This document shows positions 39,147 through 50,412 of a stretch of DNA of 64,000 nucleotides, piece by piece. Position 1 is the first letter of the stretch. The number at the start of each line of letters is the position of its first letter. Both the position numbers and the translations under genes were made by a program. A model generated the notes under the pieces. It was given only the letters and a program-made list of their open reading frames with translations, was not told the DNA's origin and ran no database searches. Source of the stretch: an uncultured delta proteobacterium (GTDB taxonomy: Bacteria > Myxococcota_A > Polyangia > Fen-1088); contig CAVTRY010000012.1 of assembly GCA_963737265.1 (NCBI GenBank), positions 192,001 to 256,000 of the forward strand, in the 5' to 3' direction.

Positions 39147-39944
39147 TCACAAAACGGTCTTCACGCGGTAGACACCGCCAATCACCAGAAACTCGTCCTC
39201 CCCTTTCAGGATACTTTCGGGAAACAATTGGCTGAAGAAGAAGATCTTGACCAGGGGAACCCGGGTCTCCCACACCGTCGAACCAAACTCGAAAGCCCGC
39301 TCCGCATCGGGCATAAACGAGCTGAGATTATTGAGCCGGACGATTCTTTCCCGCGGCGACACAATCTTCAGAGTGTGATAGTCGTTCGGGTCGTGGGTTC
39401 CGCGATAGAGCGAGAACCAGCTTTGCCCTGGATTGCGCCGCGCAAGTTCGGATTGACAGAACGCGTAGACCAAATCCAACTGAGAATTGATGGCATTGCT
39501 GCCCGCCATCCCCTTCATCCGATCCGTGGCGAATGTCAGTTGCGCCTCCGCATCCTCGGGCGTCACCTTGCCGCGATGGAAGGTCGGACGCAGTCCGATG
39601 CGGCTTTCCACCCATGCTTTCAGGACCGCTCCCTCGATGGAGTTGGAATCCACGCCCCAGCCCCGCAGATAGCGAACGTAGGTATTGCGCAAACTGCGCC
39701 GGGCACTCTGGGTGTGCTCGCGGTCCAGCTCGCCAAGGTGAAACTTTTCCGCGATGTAGGAATAGAACGTTTCGATGCGCTTTTGTGCTTCGGGAATGGC
39801 GTCTAAGCGCTGGAACAAATGCCGGCTCGCGGGAAATACGCCCTGGATTTCGAAGCGCTGCGGGTCTTCGTTGAATTCCAGGCTGCCGATGTAGGAGGCT
39901 GGCAGGTCACATAGGTTCCAGGTGAGGGTCCATTCTTTGTCCAT
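39147..39944 (-). CDS. draT: NAD+-dinitrogenase reductase ADP-ribosyltransferase
   Basis: NLCDLPA, LRGW..DSN..EGAVLK.WVESR.G..P.FH, LYRG, LNNLSSF, LKGEDEFLVIGG. Confidence 0.93.
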   Translation of the reverse strand: MDKEWTLTWNLCDLPASYIGSLEFNEDPQRFEIQGVFPASRHLFQRLDAIPEAQKRIETFYSYIAEKFHLGELDREHTQSARRSLRNTYVRYLRGWGVDSNSIEGAVLKAWVESRIGLRPTFHRGKVTPEDAEAQLTFATDRMKGMAGSNAINSQLDLVYAFCQSELARRNPGQSWFSLYRGTHDPNDYHTLKIVSPRERIVRLNNLSSFMPDAERAFEFGSTVWETRVPLVKIFFFSQLFPESILKGEDEFLVIGGVYRVKTVL

Positions 39945-40889
39945 CTAACCTGCCTTTCGCATCGATGGCCACGCCAGCGTCGCCGGCCTTCCTTGCGCCA
40001 GGGGCGAGGCATCGATCAGGAGATCCGCCAGCACCTCAAGCTCGGTGCGTATCGCGCTATCGAGTTTCCGAATCCACCCGCGGGGAATGGCCTCAAGACC
40101 GTAGTACGCACCGGCGATGGCGCCCACGATGGCGCCGGTGGTATCCGCGTCGCCACCTTGGTTTACCGTCTCTACCAAGCACTCCTCGAACGACGACGTG
40201 GAAAACAGAAAGTGCAGCACGGTCTGCATGGTATCCACGACATAGGCGGTGGAAAGTCCATGATACGGAAGGTAGCGAAACTTCGGCACGTCGGCCACGG
40301 TCGCGGCGGCCTGCTGTTCCAGCCGTTCCATGGCGTGGCCAATCAAAGCCAGTTGAATGAGCTGTCCAACCAACAAACAAGCGGCGTCCGACAGGGGATT
40401 GTGGTGCGTGATGTGCGCCTGTCCAATCGCGCCGGCCTCCAATAGGTCGCCTTCCGCAAGCGCGGCCAGGGCTACGGGTGCCATGCGCATCACGGCGCCG
40501 TTGCCGGCGTCGCCTTCGTTGGGCTGGCCATGGACCGTTCCTTGATTGATAAACCTTGCGATTCCCCGGCGGCAGGTGTTGCCCACGTCGGGCGGTCGCC
40601 CACGGTACCAGTCAACGAATCGGCGGGCTATGTCGCTGGGTGAAAAGCCGACCGCCACGATCGACCGGGCGATACACAGTGACATCTGCGTATCGTCCGT
40701 GACCTCGCCCGGCCGCAGGTTCAACCATCCCCCACCGATGAGCTTGCGATGGCAGCCATATTGGGACTTGATCTCCGATGCCGTCATGAACTCCACTGTC
40801 GCGCCAAGGGAATCCCCTATCGCCAGGCCGAGCAAACAAGCTCGGGCTCGGCTCCGCACGTCCGGCAGATTGGGTAAGGAATCGGTCAC
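39945..40889 (-). CDS. draG: ADP-ribosyl-[dinitrogenase reductase] glycohydrolase
   Basis: GDSLGATVEFMT, GGGW, TDDT, DVGNTC, GNGAVMR, GGDADT; adjacent to draT. Confidence 0.93.
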   Translation of the reverse strand: MTDSLPNLPDVRSRARACLLGLAIGDSLGATVEFMTASEIKSQYGCHRKLIGGGWLNLRPGEVTDDTQMSLCIARSIVAVGFSPSDIARRFVDWYRGRPPDVGNTCRRGIARFINQGTVHGQPNEGDAGNGAVMRMAPVALAALAEGDLLEAGAIGQAHITHHNPLSDAACLLVGQLIQLALIGHAMERLEQQAAATVADVPKFRYLPYHGLSTAYVVDTMQTVLHFLFSTSSFEECLVETVNQGGDADTTGAIVGAIAGAYYGLEAIPRGWIRKLDSAIRTELEVLADLLIDASPLAQGRPATLAWPSMRKAG

Positions 40890-40907
40890 GAGACGACGGT
40901 TCTGGCC

Positions 40908-42269
40908 TCATAAATAGGAAAAGCCGATGGGGGAGCTACTTTGCCGTGCCTCAAGCAAGGCATTGACCACCAAATCGAAAAGCTGCATGGTGCCGCGATA
41001 GCCAACCAATAGCTGTCTTCCCGCGCCGATTCGGTCGTGAATCGGGAATCCGGCGCGAATCAAGGGCACACCGAGGGCGCGCGACATTCGATAGCCCTTG
41101 CTGCTACCGATTAAGAGATCCAGCTTGAGGTTGCCGCAGGCCGTTTCAATTTTGCCGTAGTCGGTGTCTTCCAAAATCTCTTCGATTCCACTGGCTGGTA
41201 TTTGCTCCAGGGCAGGTCTTAACGAACGATTCCGCGCACCCGTGGCACAAAGCACGGGACGTGCGCCAATCTCGGCAAGGAAGCCGGCAACGCCAGCCAC
41301 CAATTCGGGATCTCCGTACACGCCAACCCGCTTGCCGAAAACATACTTATGCCCATCGGCATAGGCGTCGAGGAGCCGCCCCCGTTCCTGCTCCAGCCAT
41401 GCCGGCAGCTCTTTCCCCGACAAATTGGCGAGTACGCCGGTCAACCCGTCACACGCTCTCACTCCAATGGGCAGGCCGAGGATTGTCGCCGGCGCTCCTC
41501 GCTTGGCAAGCACTTGGCTGGCGGCTCGGGCCTTGCCCGTCAGGGTCAAATCCAGGGTCGCGACGGCTCTCGGCATCTCCGCGATTTCGTCGAGCGTCGT
41601 GCCGCCGGTCGGAAGGGGACAATAGTGGTCGAGAATCACACCGTCGAGCGTCTCCGAGTAATCGGGCAAAAGGGTTGCCGCGAGCCCAAAGGCGCTGACT
41701 ATCTCCCGCAAGTGGCGCAGGTCCGCCGGCGAGACAATCGGAGGCAGCACGTTCACACTCTGTTTTTGCGGACCCCGCTCCACGGCGAGCTGGTCCACCA
41801 GGGAATAGACCATAGTGTGGAAACCCTCGACGTGGCCGTCCTTGAAGCTGGGTGTCGAAGCCGAGACCACCGGGATGTTCGAGCTGCGCTGTTCTTGGTA
41901 CGCACGGAGGAGATGCCCGACATCTTCCCCGATGGTCTCGGCCAGACAGGTTGTTGCCACGGTCACCAGCTTGGGCTTGTACTGGCGGGCAATATTGTCC
42001 AAAGCACGATGCAAATTGGCCTCGCCGCCAAAAACCGTCTGCGCTTCGCCAAAGCTGGACGAAGCGACATCCATGGGTTCGCGAAAGTGGCTAATGAGAT
42101 AGCGGCGAATATAGGTGGCGCACCCTTGCGCGCCATGCAACAGGGGAACAGTCTCGGCCACGCCGGCGCTGGCAAGGGCCGCGCCCAGCGGGGCGCAGAG
42201 GGTACACGGATTCACCGTGGCTGAGCCTTCACTCGAATGAACGTTCTCGGGTTGCGAAACGCAGCTCAT
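40908..42269 (-). CDS. nifN: Nitrogenase FeMo-co scaffold beta subunit
   Basis: NPCTLCAPLGA, HGAQGCATY, HFREP, TTCLAE, GFPIHDR; ATG overlaps the nifE stop. Confidence 0.9.
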   Translation of the reverse strand: MSCVSQPENVHSSEGSATVNPCTLCAPLGAALASAGVAETVPLLHGAQGCATYIRRYLISHFREPMDVASSSFGEAQTVFGGEANLHRALDNIARQYKPKLVTVATTCLAETIGEDVGHLLRAYQEQRSSNIPVVSASTPSFKDGHVEGFHTMVYSLVDQLAVERGPQKQSVNVLPPIVSPADLRHLREIVSAFGLAATLLPDYSETLDGVILDHYCPLPTGGTTLDEIAEMPRAVATLDLTLTGKARAASQVLAKRGAPATILGLPIGVRACDGLTGVLANLSGKELPAWLEQERGRLLDAYADGHKYVFGKRVGVYGDPELVAGVAGFLAEIGARPVLCATGARNRSLRPALEQIPASGIEEILEDTDYGKIETACGNLKLDLLIGSSKGYRMSRALGVPLIRAGFPIHDRIGAGRQLLVGYRGTMQLFDLVVNALLEARQSSSPIGFSYL

Positions 42270-43657
42270 GTGTTTCCCGCTTTCTTGGCCGTCGTCAGCG
42301 AAGTCGCATGTCTGCCGGCTTTTCGCGGCATGAGCGCCCAAATTGGGCTTGTCGCCGTGGCATGAATTTCGCGCGCGAACGCCACGGCTCCTTCGAATCC
42401 AGCCAGCGGAATCTTGCGTTCGTGGTTGTGGTCGCAGAATCCGAGGCCCAGCTTGTAGGCAATCGGGCGTTCCTTCACGCCGCCGATGAAGACGTCGACA
42501 TCCTGTTCCACAAGATAGTTGGCCAGTTCCAGCGCATTCGTGTCGTCCACGATGATGGTGTTATCGTCGCAGACTGCCTGCAATTCCTCGTATTCCTCTT
42601 GACTGCCGGTTTGCGTCCCGGCCAGTGCCACCGTCACTCCCAATTGCCGCAAGGCGCGCACGAGGGAGAATGCCTTGAAGGCGCCGCCCACGTAGAGCCC
42701 AGCCCTTTTCCCTTGCAGGTCCTTCTTGAGATCCTTGAGGACGGGCAAGACCTTGGCGATTTCTTCGCTAACCAGCGCCTGCGTTTTCTCCTTGATCGCC
42801 GGATCTCCCAGCCTTTCGGCGACTTCATAAAGGGCGTGCGCGGTGTCCTCGATGCCGAAGAACGAAATCCGTATGAACGGGATGCCGTACTTTTCTTCCA
42901 TTGCTTTGGCAAGCGAGGTCATCGAGCCGGCGCATTGGACCACGTTCAAGTGGGCGCCGTGCGCGCGACGAATTTCATCCACGCGGCCATCACCGGTAAG
43001 AACCGAAACAACCTCGACGCCCATGCGCGCGAAATAGTCCTTGATAATCCAGCTTTCGCCCGCCACGTTGAAATCGCCCAACAGATTGATGGACAAAGGC
43101 CCGATTGCCTGCGTGTCGCCGGTTCCAATCAATTCCAGCAAGGCCCTTGTCGCGGCGTTGTAGCCATCGCGTTTCGTCCCGCGAAAGCCTTCGGCCATGA
43201 CTGGAATGACGGGGATCCCGGTATCGACCTCCACCCGTTTGCAGACCGCGGGGACATCGTCGCCGATAACGCCCACCACGCACGTTGCGTACACGAAGGC
43301 CGCCTTGGGGCTGTATTTCGCGATGAGCTCTCGCAACGAGGCCTCTAGCTGCTTTTCCCCGCCAAAGACAACGTCCTTTTCACGCAAATCGGTCGAGCAA
43401 CTGATGCGATGCAATTCCGGACCGGACGAGAGCGCGCCACGAATATCCCAAGTGTAGGCGGCACAGCCCACCGGTCCATGCACCAAGTGAAGGGCGTCGG
43501 CGATGGGGTACAAGACAACGCGCGAGCCGCAGAACGTGCAGGCGCGCTGGCTGACCGCGCCCGCAGCGCTGGCCTTGTTGCAATCGAGAGCGACGGCCGC
43601 GCCCTTTTGCGTGCGAACCACCTGCCCCGTTCGTTCGTCCAGTACCTTGAAGCTCAT
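42266..43657 (-). CDS. nifE: Nitrogenase FeMo-co scaffold alpha subunit
   Basis: SQRACTFCG, HGPVGC, TCVVG, VQCAGS, DHNHER. Confidence 0.95.
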   Translation of the reverse strand: MSFKVLDERTGQVVRTQKGAAVALDCNKASAAGAVSQRACTFCGSRVVLYPIADALHLVHGPVGCAAYTWDIRGALSSGPELHRISCSTDLREKDVVFGGEKQLEASLRELIAKYSPKAAFVYATCVVGVIGDDVPAVCKRVEVDTGIPVIPVMAEGFRGTKRDGYNAATRALLELIGTGDTQAIGPLSINLLGDFNVAGESWIIKDYFARMGVEVVSVLTGDGRVDEIRRAHGAHLNVVQCAGSMTSLAKAMEEKYGIPFIRISFFGIEDTAHALYEVAERLGDPAIKEKTQALVSEEIAKVLPVLKDLKKDLQGKRAGLYVGGAFKAFSLVRALRQLGVTVALAGTQTGSQEEYEELQAVCDDNTIIVDDTNALELANYLVEQDVDVFIGGVKERPIAYKLGLGFCDHNHERKIPLAGFEGAVAFAREIHATATSPIWALMPRKAGRHATSLTTAKKAGNT

Positions 43658-43666
43658 GATGTTCCG

Positions 43667-43993
43667 TCAGGTGACACTCATCCGATTGGTTCCGCGCTTC
43701 GATGGGTCCAGCGTGACCAGACCGCGCGGCCGCGGGCGAAAGAATGGCTCGATATCGCTGCCACCGCGGGCGTAGCGGTCGTGGGTTCGTTGCAACGCCG
43801 CCGCGTAGAGCTGCGAACGCTCCGATTCCGCAAGCGGCGGATCCCGCCGTTCGAGCACGCCTATCTCCAAACCGAAGCGCTTGAGGATGGCAACGCGATG
43901 CACAGCAAGCACCGCCGGATCGAAGGAAACCTCCAGCAACGCGAACAGGTCTTCGGCACCATCGATGTGACCAATCGCCTGGAGCAAGTCCAT
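43667..43993 (-). CDS. nifW: Nitrogenase-stabilising protein NifW
   Basis: AEDLF..L.V.FDP.VL.V.R..ILKRF signature. Confidence 0.8.
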   Translation of the reverse strand: MDLLQAIGHIDGAEDLFALLEVSFDPAVLAVHRVAILKRFGLEIGVLERRDPPLAESERSQLYAAALQRTHDRYARGGSDIEPFFRPRPRGLVTLDPSKRGTNRMSVT

Positions 43994-44003
43994 TTCGCTC
44001 ACC

Positions 44004-44267
44004 TCACGCCAACAATGGCTCGAAGCTGAACGCCTTCTTGTTGCATGTGTGGCCGCACGCCTCGCACCCAATGCACGCCTCGGGGTTCTTCACCGAGGCA
44101 AACATTTTCGCCGATTCCTCCTCGTCCACTTCCTTGGGGGCCAGCACCCCGTGGGCACAGATCTTCATGCAGCGGCCGCAGCCGATGCACTTGTTGTCGT
44201 CGACGGCCTTGACGAACTTTGGCGTCCATTCTTGCCGTCCCCGCGTGAGTCCAGTAACGTACGACAT
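44004..44267 (-). CDS. fdxB: nif-specific 2x[4Fe-4S] ferredoxin III
   Basis: TRGRQEWTPKFV; CIGCGRC..IC and CIGCEAC..TC. Confidence 0.88.
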   Translation of the reverse strand: MSYVTGLTRGRQEWTPKFVKAVDDNKCIGCGRCMKICAHGVLAPKEVDEEESAKMFASVKNPEACIGCEACGHTCNKKAFSFEPLLA

Positions 44268-44307
44268 CTTCGCATCCTTTCTATTGTGATGGGAACCCTG
44301 GAACGGG

Positions 44308-44724
44308 CTATTCCTCGTCGATTTGTTCGATGTGACGACGGCGGGGCGTCACGCCCAGCGTCTTGGCCAACCAAGGTGGCGCCTCGCCGCGCAGCACGTT
44401 TTGCAATTTTTCGACAAATTCCACGATGGGGGCCTCGGTCTGTGTCTTCATGGGATGAATGCGCCTGGCCACCAGTTTGGCAGCGGCCGGACCACCTATC
44501 TGCATCGTGCAAACGATTGAACAACCCGCGAGGGCGGTTGCGCGAGCCGAGATCCGGTCCTCGCCCGTTTCGACGCCGTCCTGGCTGTCCGCACTGTCGG
44601 GCCAGTCCACTTTGCTCACGCACGCCGCCCGGTCCGGTTCGATGTCCCAAAGATAGAACGCCGTGGAGCTACCAAAGTGTTCGTTGATGCGTTCGCCGTC
44701 GCTGCTTGTGAATGCTACCTTCAT
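44308..44724 (-). CDS. nifX: Nitrogen fixation protein NifX
   Basis: MKVAFTSSD..INEHFG, IGGPAAAKLV..IHPMK, PPWL.K. Confidence 0.9.
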   Translation of the reverse strand: MKVAFTSSDGERINEHFGSSTAFYLWDIEPDRAACVSKVDWPDSADSQDGVETGEDRISARATALAGCSIVCTMQIGGPAAAKLVARRIHPMKTQTEAPIVEFVEKLQNVLRGEAPPWLAKTLGVTPRRRHIEQIDEE

Positions 44725-44739
44725 GATTGAATCCTCCAA

Positions 44740-46209
44740 TCAGCGCATGATCTCGAAGTGACGGTTGTCGCAGGTCTCGTCCTTGATATCGATGTACTTG
44801 TTGCAGATCTCGGTCAGCATGTTGATGACGCCCTGGTAGCCGATGAGGGGTCGGCGGTGCAGATTGACCCGGTCGAAGATGGGAAATCCGAAGCGGAAGA
44901 GCGGAATCTTGGCGTCGCGGGCGATTTGTTTACCGTGGGTGTCGCCGATGATTCCATCCACCTTGTCGGTCATGACGAGCGAGCGCAGGTGCCACAGATC
45001 CTTGTTCATGTAGACCTTGCTTGCCTTGCCGAAGGGCGAGGCATCGAGCAAGGCATGCAATTCGCGTTCGAGCTTCTTCGAGCCCTTGGAACAAAGGATG
45101 TGGTACGGAATAGCGCCCATTTCCAGCAGGAACGAAACGTAGCCGAGCAGGTAGTCCGAGTCGCCATAGACTGCGAACTTCTTGCCGTGTATGTATTGTT
45201 GCGCATCGGTCATCGCGTCCACCGCACGGCCGCGCTCGGCTTTGAGCTGCGCCGGCACGGGCTTGCCGAACAGTTCGGAAAGCTTCATGACAAAGGCGTC
45301 GGTCTTGGCGATGCCCATGGGCATCGGCATGGAAACGTGCTCGCCGGAGTATTGCTCTTTGATCCAAACGAAGGTCTTCAAGGTGGCGAAGGGCGCCACG
45401 GTCAGCGTGGCCTTGCCATTGATAGAGTCCCCCGCCTCTTCGAGTTTGGTGCCGCCAGGATAGATACGGTAGGTCCCGTCGTTGGGCGAATCGAAGGTTT
45501 CGGAAATGTCGGCCAACAAGGTGTAAGGGATGCCGAAGACTTCGAAGATGCGCTTGTACTCGCGGTAGTTGCCGGTATTGGCGTCGAATCCAGCAATGAA
45601 GTTGAGTTTCCCCGTGCAGCGCCCTTCGACGGCTTTGCCCTCGGTCAGGGTCTGTAGAATGCTCATAAGCATCGAGTCGTAGCCATGCACGTGCGATCCG
45701 CTGAACGAAGGCGTGTTGGCATAGGGAATAAGGAAATCGTTCGGGATGCACCCCTTTTGCCGAGCATTCCCGATGAACGATCGAAGGTCATCGCCGATAA
45801 CCTCGGGCATGCATGACGTGAAAACCGCAATCATCTTGGGTTTGTACAGCGCATAGGCATTTTCCAAGCCCTCGTGCAGGTTGTTTTGGCCTCCGAACAC
45901 GGCGCCGTCCTCGGTCATCGAGTCGGACACTGCTGGCGCGGGTTCGCGGAAGTGACGGTTGAGCGTCGAGCGATAGTAGGACGCGCAGCCCTGGGCGCCG
46001 TGGACGAAGGGCAAGGTTTCGGCGAAACCGTGCGCGGCGAGCTGCGCTCCGAGCGGCTGGCAAGCGTGCGCGGGATTCACCACCAGGGCTTGGCGCGCGA
46101 AGTTCTTCTCTTTGTAGTCCTCGGTGTTGATCCACTCGGCGATACGTTTCTCATCTTCCGGACAAATGCCGGTGACGGGCTTGACGGGCAATCCTAGGTC
46201 GTTGGACAT
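44740..46209 (-). CDS. nifK: Nitrogenase MoFe protein beta chain
   Basis: HACQPLG, QGCASY, HFREP, SCMPEVIGDD, TPSF.GSH, GFPIFDR. Confidence 0.97.
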   Translation of the reverse strand: MSNDLGLPVKPVTGICPEDEKRIAEWINTEDYKEKNFARQALVVNPAHACQPLGAQLAAHGFAETLPFVHGAQGCASYYRSTLNRHFREPAPAVSDSMTEDGAVFGGQNNLHEGLENAYALYKPKMIAVFTSCMPEVIGDDLRSFIGNARQKGCIPNDFLIPYANTPSFSGSHVHGYDSMLMSILQTLTEGKAVEGRCTGKLNFIAGFDANTGNYREYKRIFEVFGIPYTLLADISETFDSPNDGTYRIYPGGTKLEEAGDSINGKATLTVAPFATLKTFVWIKEQYSGEHVSMPMPMGIAKTDAFVMKLSELFGKPVPAQLKAERGRAVDAMTDAQQYIHGKKFAVYGDSDYLLGYVSFLLEMGAIPYHILCSKGSKKLERELHALLDASPFGKASKVYMNKDLWHLRSLVMTDKVDGIIGDTHGKQIARDAKIPLFRFGFPIFDRVNLHRRPLIGYQGVINMLTEICNKYIDIKDETCDNRHFEIMR

Positions 46210-46231
46210 GGTGAAACTCCGCAACATACGG

Positions 46232-47680
46232 TTAGAAAGGCGCCTTGACTAACTTCCACGTGGGACTGTTGATGGCCAGGTCGAGATCTTTGGCGAACAC
46301 CGGGAAGCCCATGTACGCGTGGTACGGCCCGGAATAGTCCCAGCTGTGCATTTGGCGAAAGGGTATCCCCATCTTTTGGAATAGGTATTTCTCCTTGATG
46401 CCACTGCCCACGAGGTCGGGCTTTAGCTCCTCGACAAACTTCTCAAGCTCGTATTCGCTGGCGTCGTCGTAGATGACCGTGGCGTCCGGCATTTCGGGCG
46501 AGGTGCGCTCGTAGTCGTCGTTGTGGGCGAATTCGTAGCCCGATCCGACCACCACCATGCCGAGATCCTCGTAGGCACTCACGGTATGCCGGGGGCGCAA
46601 CCCGCCCACATAGAGCATGACCTTCTTGCCTTCGAGGCGCGGCCGGTACTCCTCGATCACCTTCTGCATTTCCGGATCGTACTTGGCGATGGCCGCCTCG
46701 ACCTTCTCCTTGATGGTGTCGTCGAAGCGCTCGGCGAGTTTGCGAAGGCTGGCCTTGATCTTGGTGGGACCGAAGAAGTTTAGCTCCAACCAGGGAATCT
46801 TGTACTTCTCCTCCATCACGCGGGCCATGTAGTTCATGGAGCGATAGCAGTGAATGACATTCAACTTCACCTGATGGGTTGCGGCGATGCGGTCAATCTC
46901 GCCGTCGCCGGTCCAGGTGGCCTTGACGTTGAAACCACACTCTTCCAAGAGCGGCTTGACCGACCAGACGTCGCCACCAATGTTGTAGTCGCCGATGAGC
47001 GCGATATCGTAGGGGCCGACCGGTTCACTGAATTCGCGCGTCTCGATGATGTAGTCGCGAATCGTGTCGTTGGAGATGTGGTGGCCAAGCGACTGACTGA
47101 CCCCGCGGAAGCCCTCGCAGTTGCACGGGATGACGGGCAAGTCCAATTCCTTCGACATCGTCCGCGCCACCGAGTTGATGTCGTCGCCGATAAGTCCGAC
47201 CGGACACTCCGAGAGGACGGAGATTCCTTTGGCCAGCGGGAAAAGCTGTTTGGTCTCCTTGAGCAGTTGGGCCAGCTTTTTGTCGCCACCGTAGACGATG
47301 TCCTTCTCCTGGAAGTCCGAGGTCATCTGCATGGCGAAGTTGGACACGCCGTTGATGCCGGACATGAGATTGCGGCGCGTGCCCCATGAGTACCAGCCGC
47401 AACCCACCGGACCGTGCGAGATGTGGGCCATGTCGCGGATGGGGCCCCACACCACGCCCTTGGCGCCGGCGTAGGCGCAGCCGCGCGCACTCATCACGCC
47501 GGGCACGGTCTTCCGGTTCGACTTCACGCACGCCGATGTGGCCTCCGGATCGTTGGGCGCCAAGTGCGGCGTCCGTTTCTTGCGGGCCTTTTCCGGATAG
47601 ACCTCAAGGGTGCGGTCGATCATGGCCTGCGTCGACTCGCGCGTGATGCCTTCCACTGTTTTCTTTACATCGGCGGACAT
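46232..47680 (-). CDS. nifD: Nitrogenase MoFe protein alpha chain
   Basis: [49 protein letters not shown] (Mo type, no long cluster-III insert). Confidence 0.98.
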   Translation of the reverse strand: MSADVKKTVEGITRESTQAMIDRTLEVYPEKARKKRTPHLAPNDPEATSACVKSNRKTVPGVMSARGCAYAGAKGVVWGPIRDMAHISHGPVGCGWYSWGTRRNLMSGINGVSNFAMQMTSDFQEKDIVYGGDKKLAQLLKETKQLFPLAKGISVLSECPVGLIGDDINSVARTMSKELDLPVIPCNCEGFRGVSQSLGHHISNDTIRDYIIETREFSEPVGPYDIALIGDYNIGGDVWSVKPLLEECGFNVKATWTGDGEIDRIAATHQVKLNVIHCYRSMNYMARVMEEKYKIPWLELNFFGPTKIKASLRKLAERFDDTIKEKVEAAIAKYDPEMQKVIEEYRPRLEGKKVMLYVGGLRPRHTVSAYEDLGMVVVGSGYEFAHNDDYERTSPEMPDATVIYDDASEYELEKFVEELKPDLVGSGIKEKYLFQKMGIPFRQMHSWDYSGPYHAYMGFPVFAKDLDLAINSPTWKLVKAPF

Positions 47681-47701
47681 GGTCAGGTTCTCCTTGGTGA
47701 T

Positions 47702-48622
<921 letters not shown>

Positions 48623-48651
48623 TCAACAGTCGATTACTGACTAGCCACTAC

Positions 48652-48667
48652 TGCAACAGGAATGCCA
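48652..48667 (-). promoter_or_regulatory. Sigma54 -24/-12 promoter of nifH
   Basis: Minus strand TGGCATTCCTGTTGCA, 78 bp upstream of the nifH ATG. Confidence 0.88.
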
Positions 48668-48786
48668 GGCCGCAAGTGGGGCGAATCCTCGCGCTTCACC
48701 CAAGCCGTTCGACAAGAACGACGAACATCGAGGCGATGCCGGAAGCGATTGTCGAAGCCGACTGTCGAGCTTTGGGCGCGGCCGTG

Positions 48787-50412
48787 TCAGACAGCTCTGC
48801 GCGCCCGCCTGGCGGGTGCCAGTTGGGCCAGATCGATGGCCAGCTTGTGGATCTTGTAGCGCACCATGCGTTCACCCAGGCCCAGCTCGCGGCCGGCAGC
48901 ACTGACATTGCCCGCCGCGCGTTTGAGCGCATCGACAAGCATGTCGCGTTCTAGCTGGGCAACATTGGATCGGAGCGAGCCATCGGTGCTGGCCGGCAAC
49001 TGCGCCGGCATTTGCAACGTGGGAGGCAGGTCGCGGCCGTGAATGACCCCTTCTTTCGACAGGAGCACCGCGTGCTCCATGCAGTTTTCCAGCTCCCTAA
49101 CATTGCCGGGCCAGTGATAGGCCACCAACATATTGATGGCGCTGGTGGTGATGCGCCGAACTGGCTTCTTCATTTTGGCCGCGAACTTCTGACTGAAGTG
49201 GTTGGCCAAGGCCAGCACGTCGTCCTTGCGCTCGCGCAAAGGTGGCAAAAAGACTGGAAAGACGTTGATGCGGTAGAAGAGGTCGGCGCGAAACTGGCCG
49301 TCTTTCATCAGGGCTTCGAGATCCCGATTGGTCGCCGCCACCAGGCGAACGTTGACTCGAATGGTCTTGTTGCTGCCCACGCGTTCAAATTCGCGTTCTT
49401 GAATGGTGCGTAGCAGTTTGACCTGCACCGACGGCGAAAAGTCGCCGATCTCGTCGAGAAAAAGCGTGCCACCGTCGGCCTCCTCGAAACGACCGGCTCT
49501 GGCGAACAGTGCCGATGTAAAGGCACCCTTTTCGTGACCGAAAAGCTCGCTTTCGAGAAGACCCTCGCTGAGCGCCGAGCAGTTCACCTTCACGAACGGG
49601 CCGCGCGAGCGACCACTTAGGTAATGAATGGCGGCAGCCACCAGTTCCTTGCCAGTCCCCGATTCGCCCCGAATTAGCACCGTCGTGTCCGCCTCGGCGA
49701 CTTGGCGGATGCGTGCGTAGACCGGCCGCATCGAAGCGGAATCCCCGACCATGTTCTCGGGTCGCGACGCCACCTGCAATTCAGACAACAGACGCTTTCG
49801 TTCGTCCTCAAGCGCGACCGCCTCGGCGTGCATTTCCCGTCGGCGTTTGATGTCGTTGGCAATCAGTCCGGCGACGATGCTTAGGACTCTTTCCGCGTCT
49901 TGTAGAAAATCGATGTCCCGTTTGGGTAAATCGACCGAGAGTGTGCCCACCGTTTCTTGTCCGATCGCAACCGGCAAGGCGATGAAGCTCCATCCCTTGG
50001 CATCGATCTGCGCGCCTTTGCGGCGATGCACCCGGTCCTGAAAGCGAGGTTCGTCCTCGATACTAGGAATGATCAGCGACTTTCCCGTTTCCACCACCCG
50101 CCCCAGAATTCCCTCGCCGCGCCGATAGCGCGCGCCATCGCGTGGCTTGGTGCCCGACGGACGCAGTGCCTCGACATACAGCTCGGCGCCATCGCTCAAC
50201 AGCAACATCACGGTCGCGCGTGACATTTCCAGGCGCTCTTCGAGAACGCGCAGAATTTCCCGCAGCATGTCCTCCTGCGAGGCCGTCGAGGCCAAGGTCC
50301 GCGCGACCTCGGCCAGCGCATCCAGCGATTGCACGTGCCGTCGCGAGCCAGATCGACAAATGTGACAAGGATCCCGGTGGAGCCGCAGCAGGCTTTCAGG
50401 AACGAGCGTCAT
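48787..50412 (-). CDS. nifA: GAF-AAA-HTH sigma54 activator NifA
   Basis: GAF (YRRGEGILGRVV), GESGTGKE, GAFTSA, WPGNVREL, HTH; directly upstream of nifH; ATG 50412 overlaps the GNAT stop. Confidence 0.88.
   Translation of the reverse strand: MTLVPESLLRLHRDPCHICRSGSRRHVQSLDALAEVARTLASTASQEDMLREILRVLEERLEMSRATVMLLLSDGAELYVEALRPSGTKPRDGARYRRGEGILGRVVETGKSLIIPSIEDEPRFQDRVHRRKGAQIDAKGWSFIALPVAIGQETVGTLSVDLPKRDIDFLQDAERVLSIVAGLIANDIKRRREMHAEAVALEDERKRLLSELQVASRPENMVGDSASMRPVYARIRQVAEADTTVLIRGESGTGKELVAAAIHYLSGRSRGPFVKVNCSALSEGLLESELFGHEKGAFTSALFARAGRFEEADGGTLFLDEIGDFSPSVQVKLLRTIQEREFERVGSNKTIRVNVRLVAATNRDLEALMKDGQFRADLFYRINVFPVFLPPLRERKDDVLALANHFSQKFAAKMKKPVRRITTSAINMLVAYHWPGNVRELENCMEHAVLLSKEGVIHGRDLPPTLQMPAQLPASTDGSLRSNVAQLERDMLVDALKRAAGNVSAAGRELGLGERMVRYKIHKLAIDLAQLAPARRARRAV

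Noticed and set aside
39147-40889. ART/ARH pair as an anti-phage toxin-antitoxin
   Set aside because: Sequence motifs and nif context match DraT/DraG
44740-47680. Alternative (V or Fe-only) nitrogenase
   Set aside because: No vnfG/anfG between D and K; the HCYRS and QMHSWDY contexts are Mo-type
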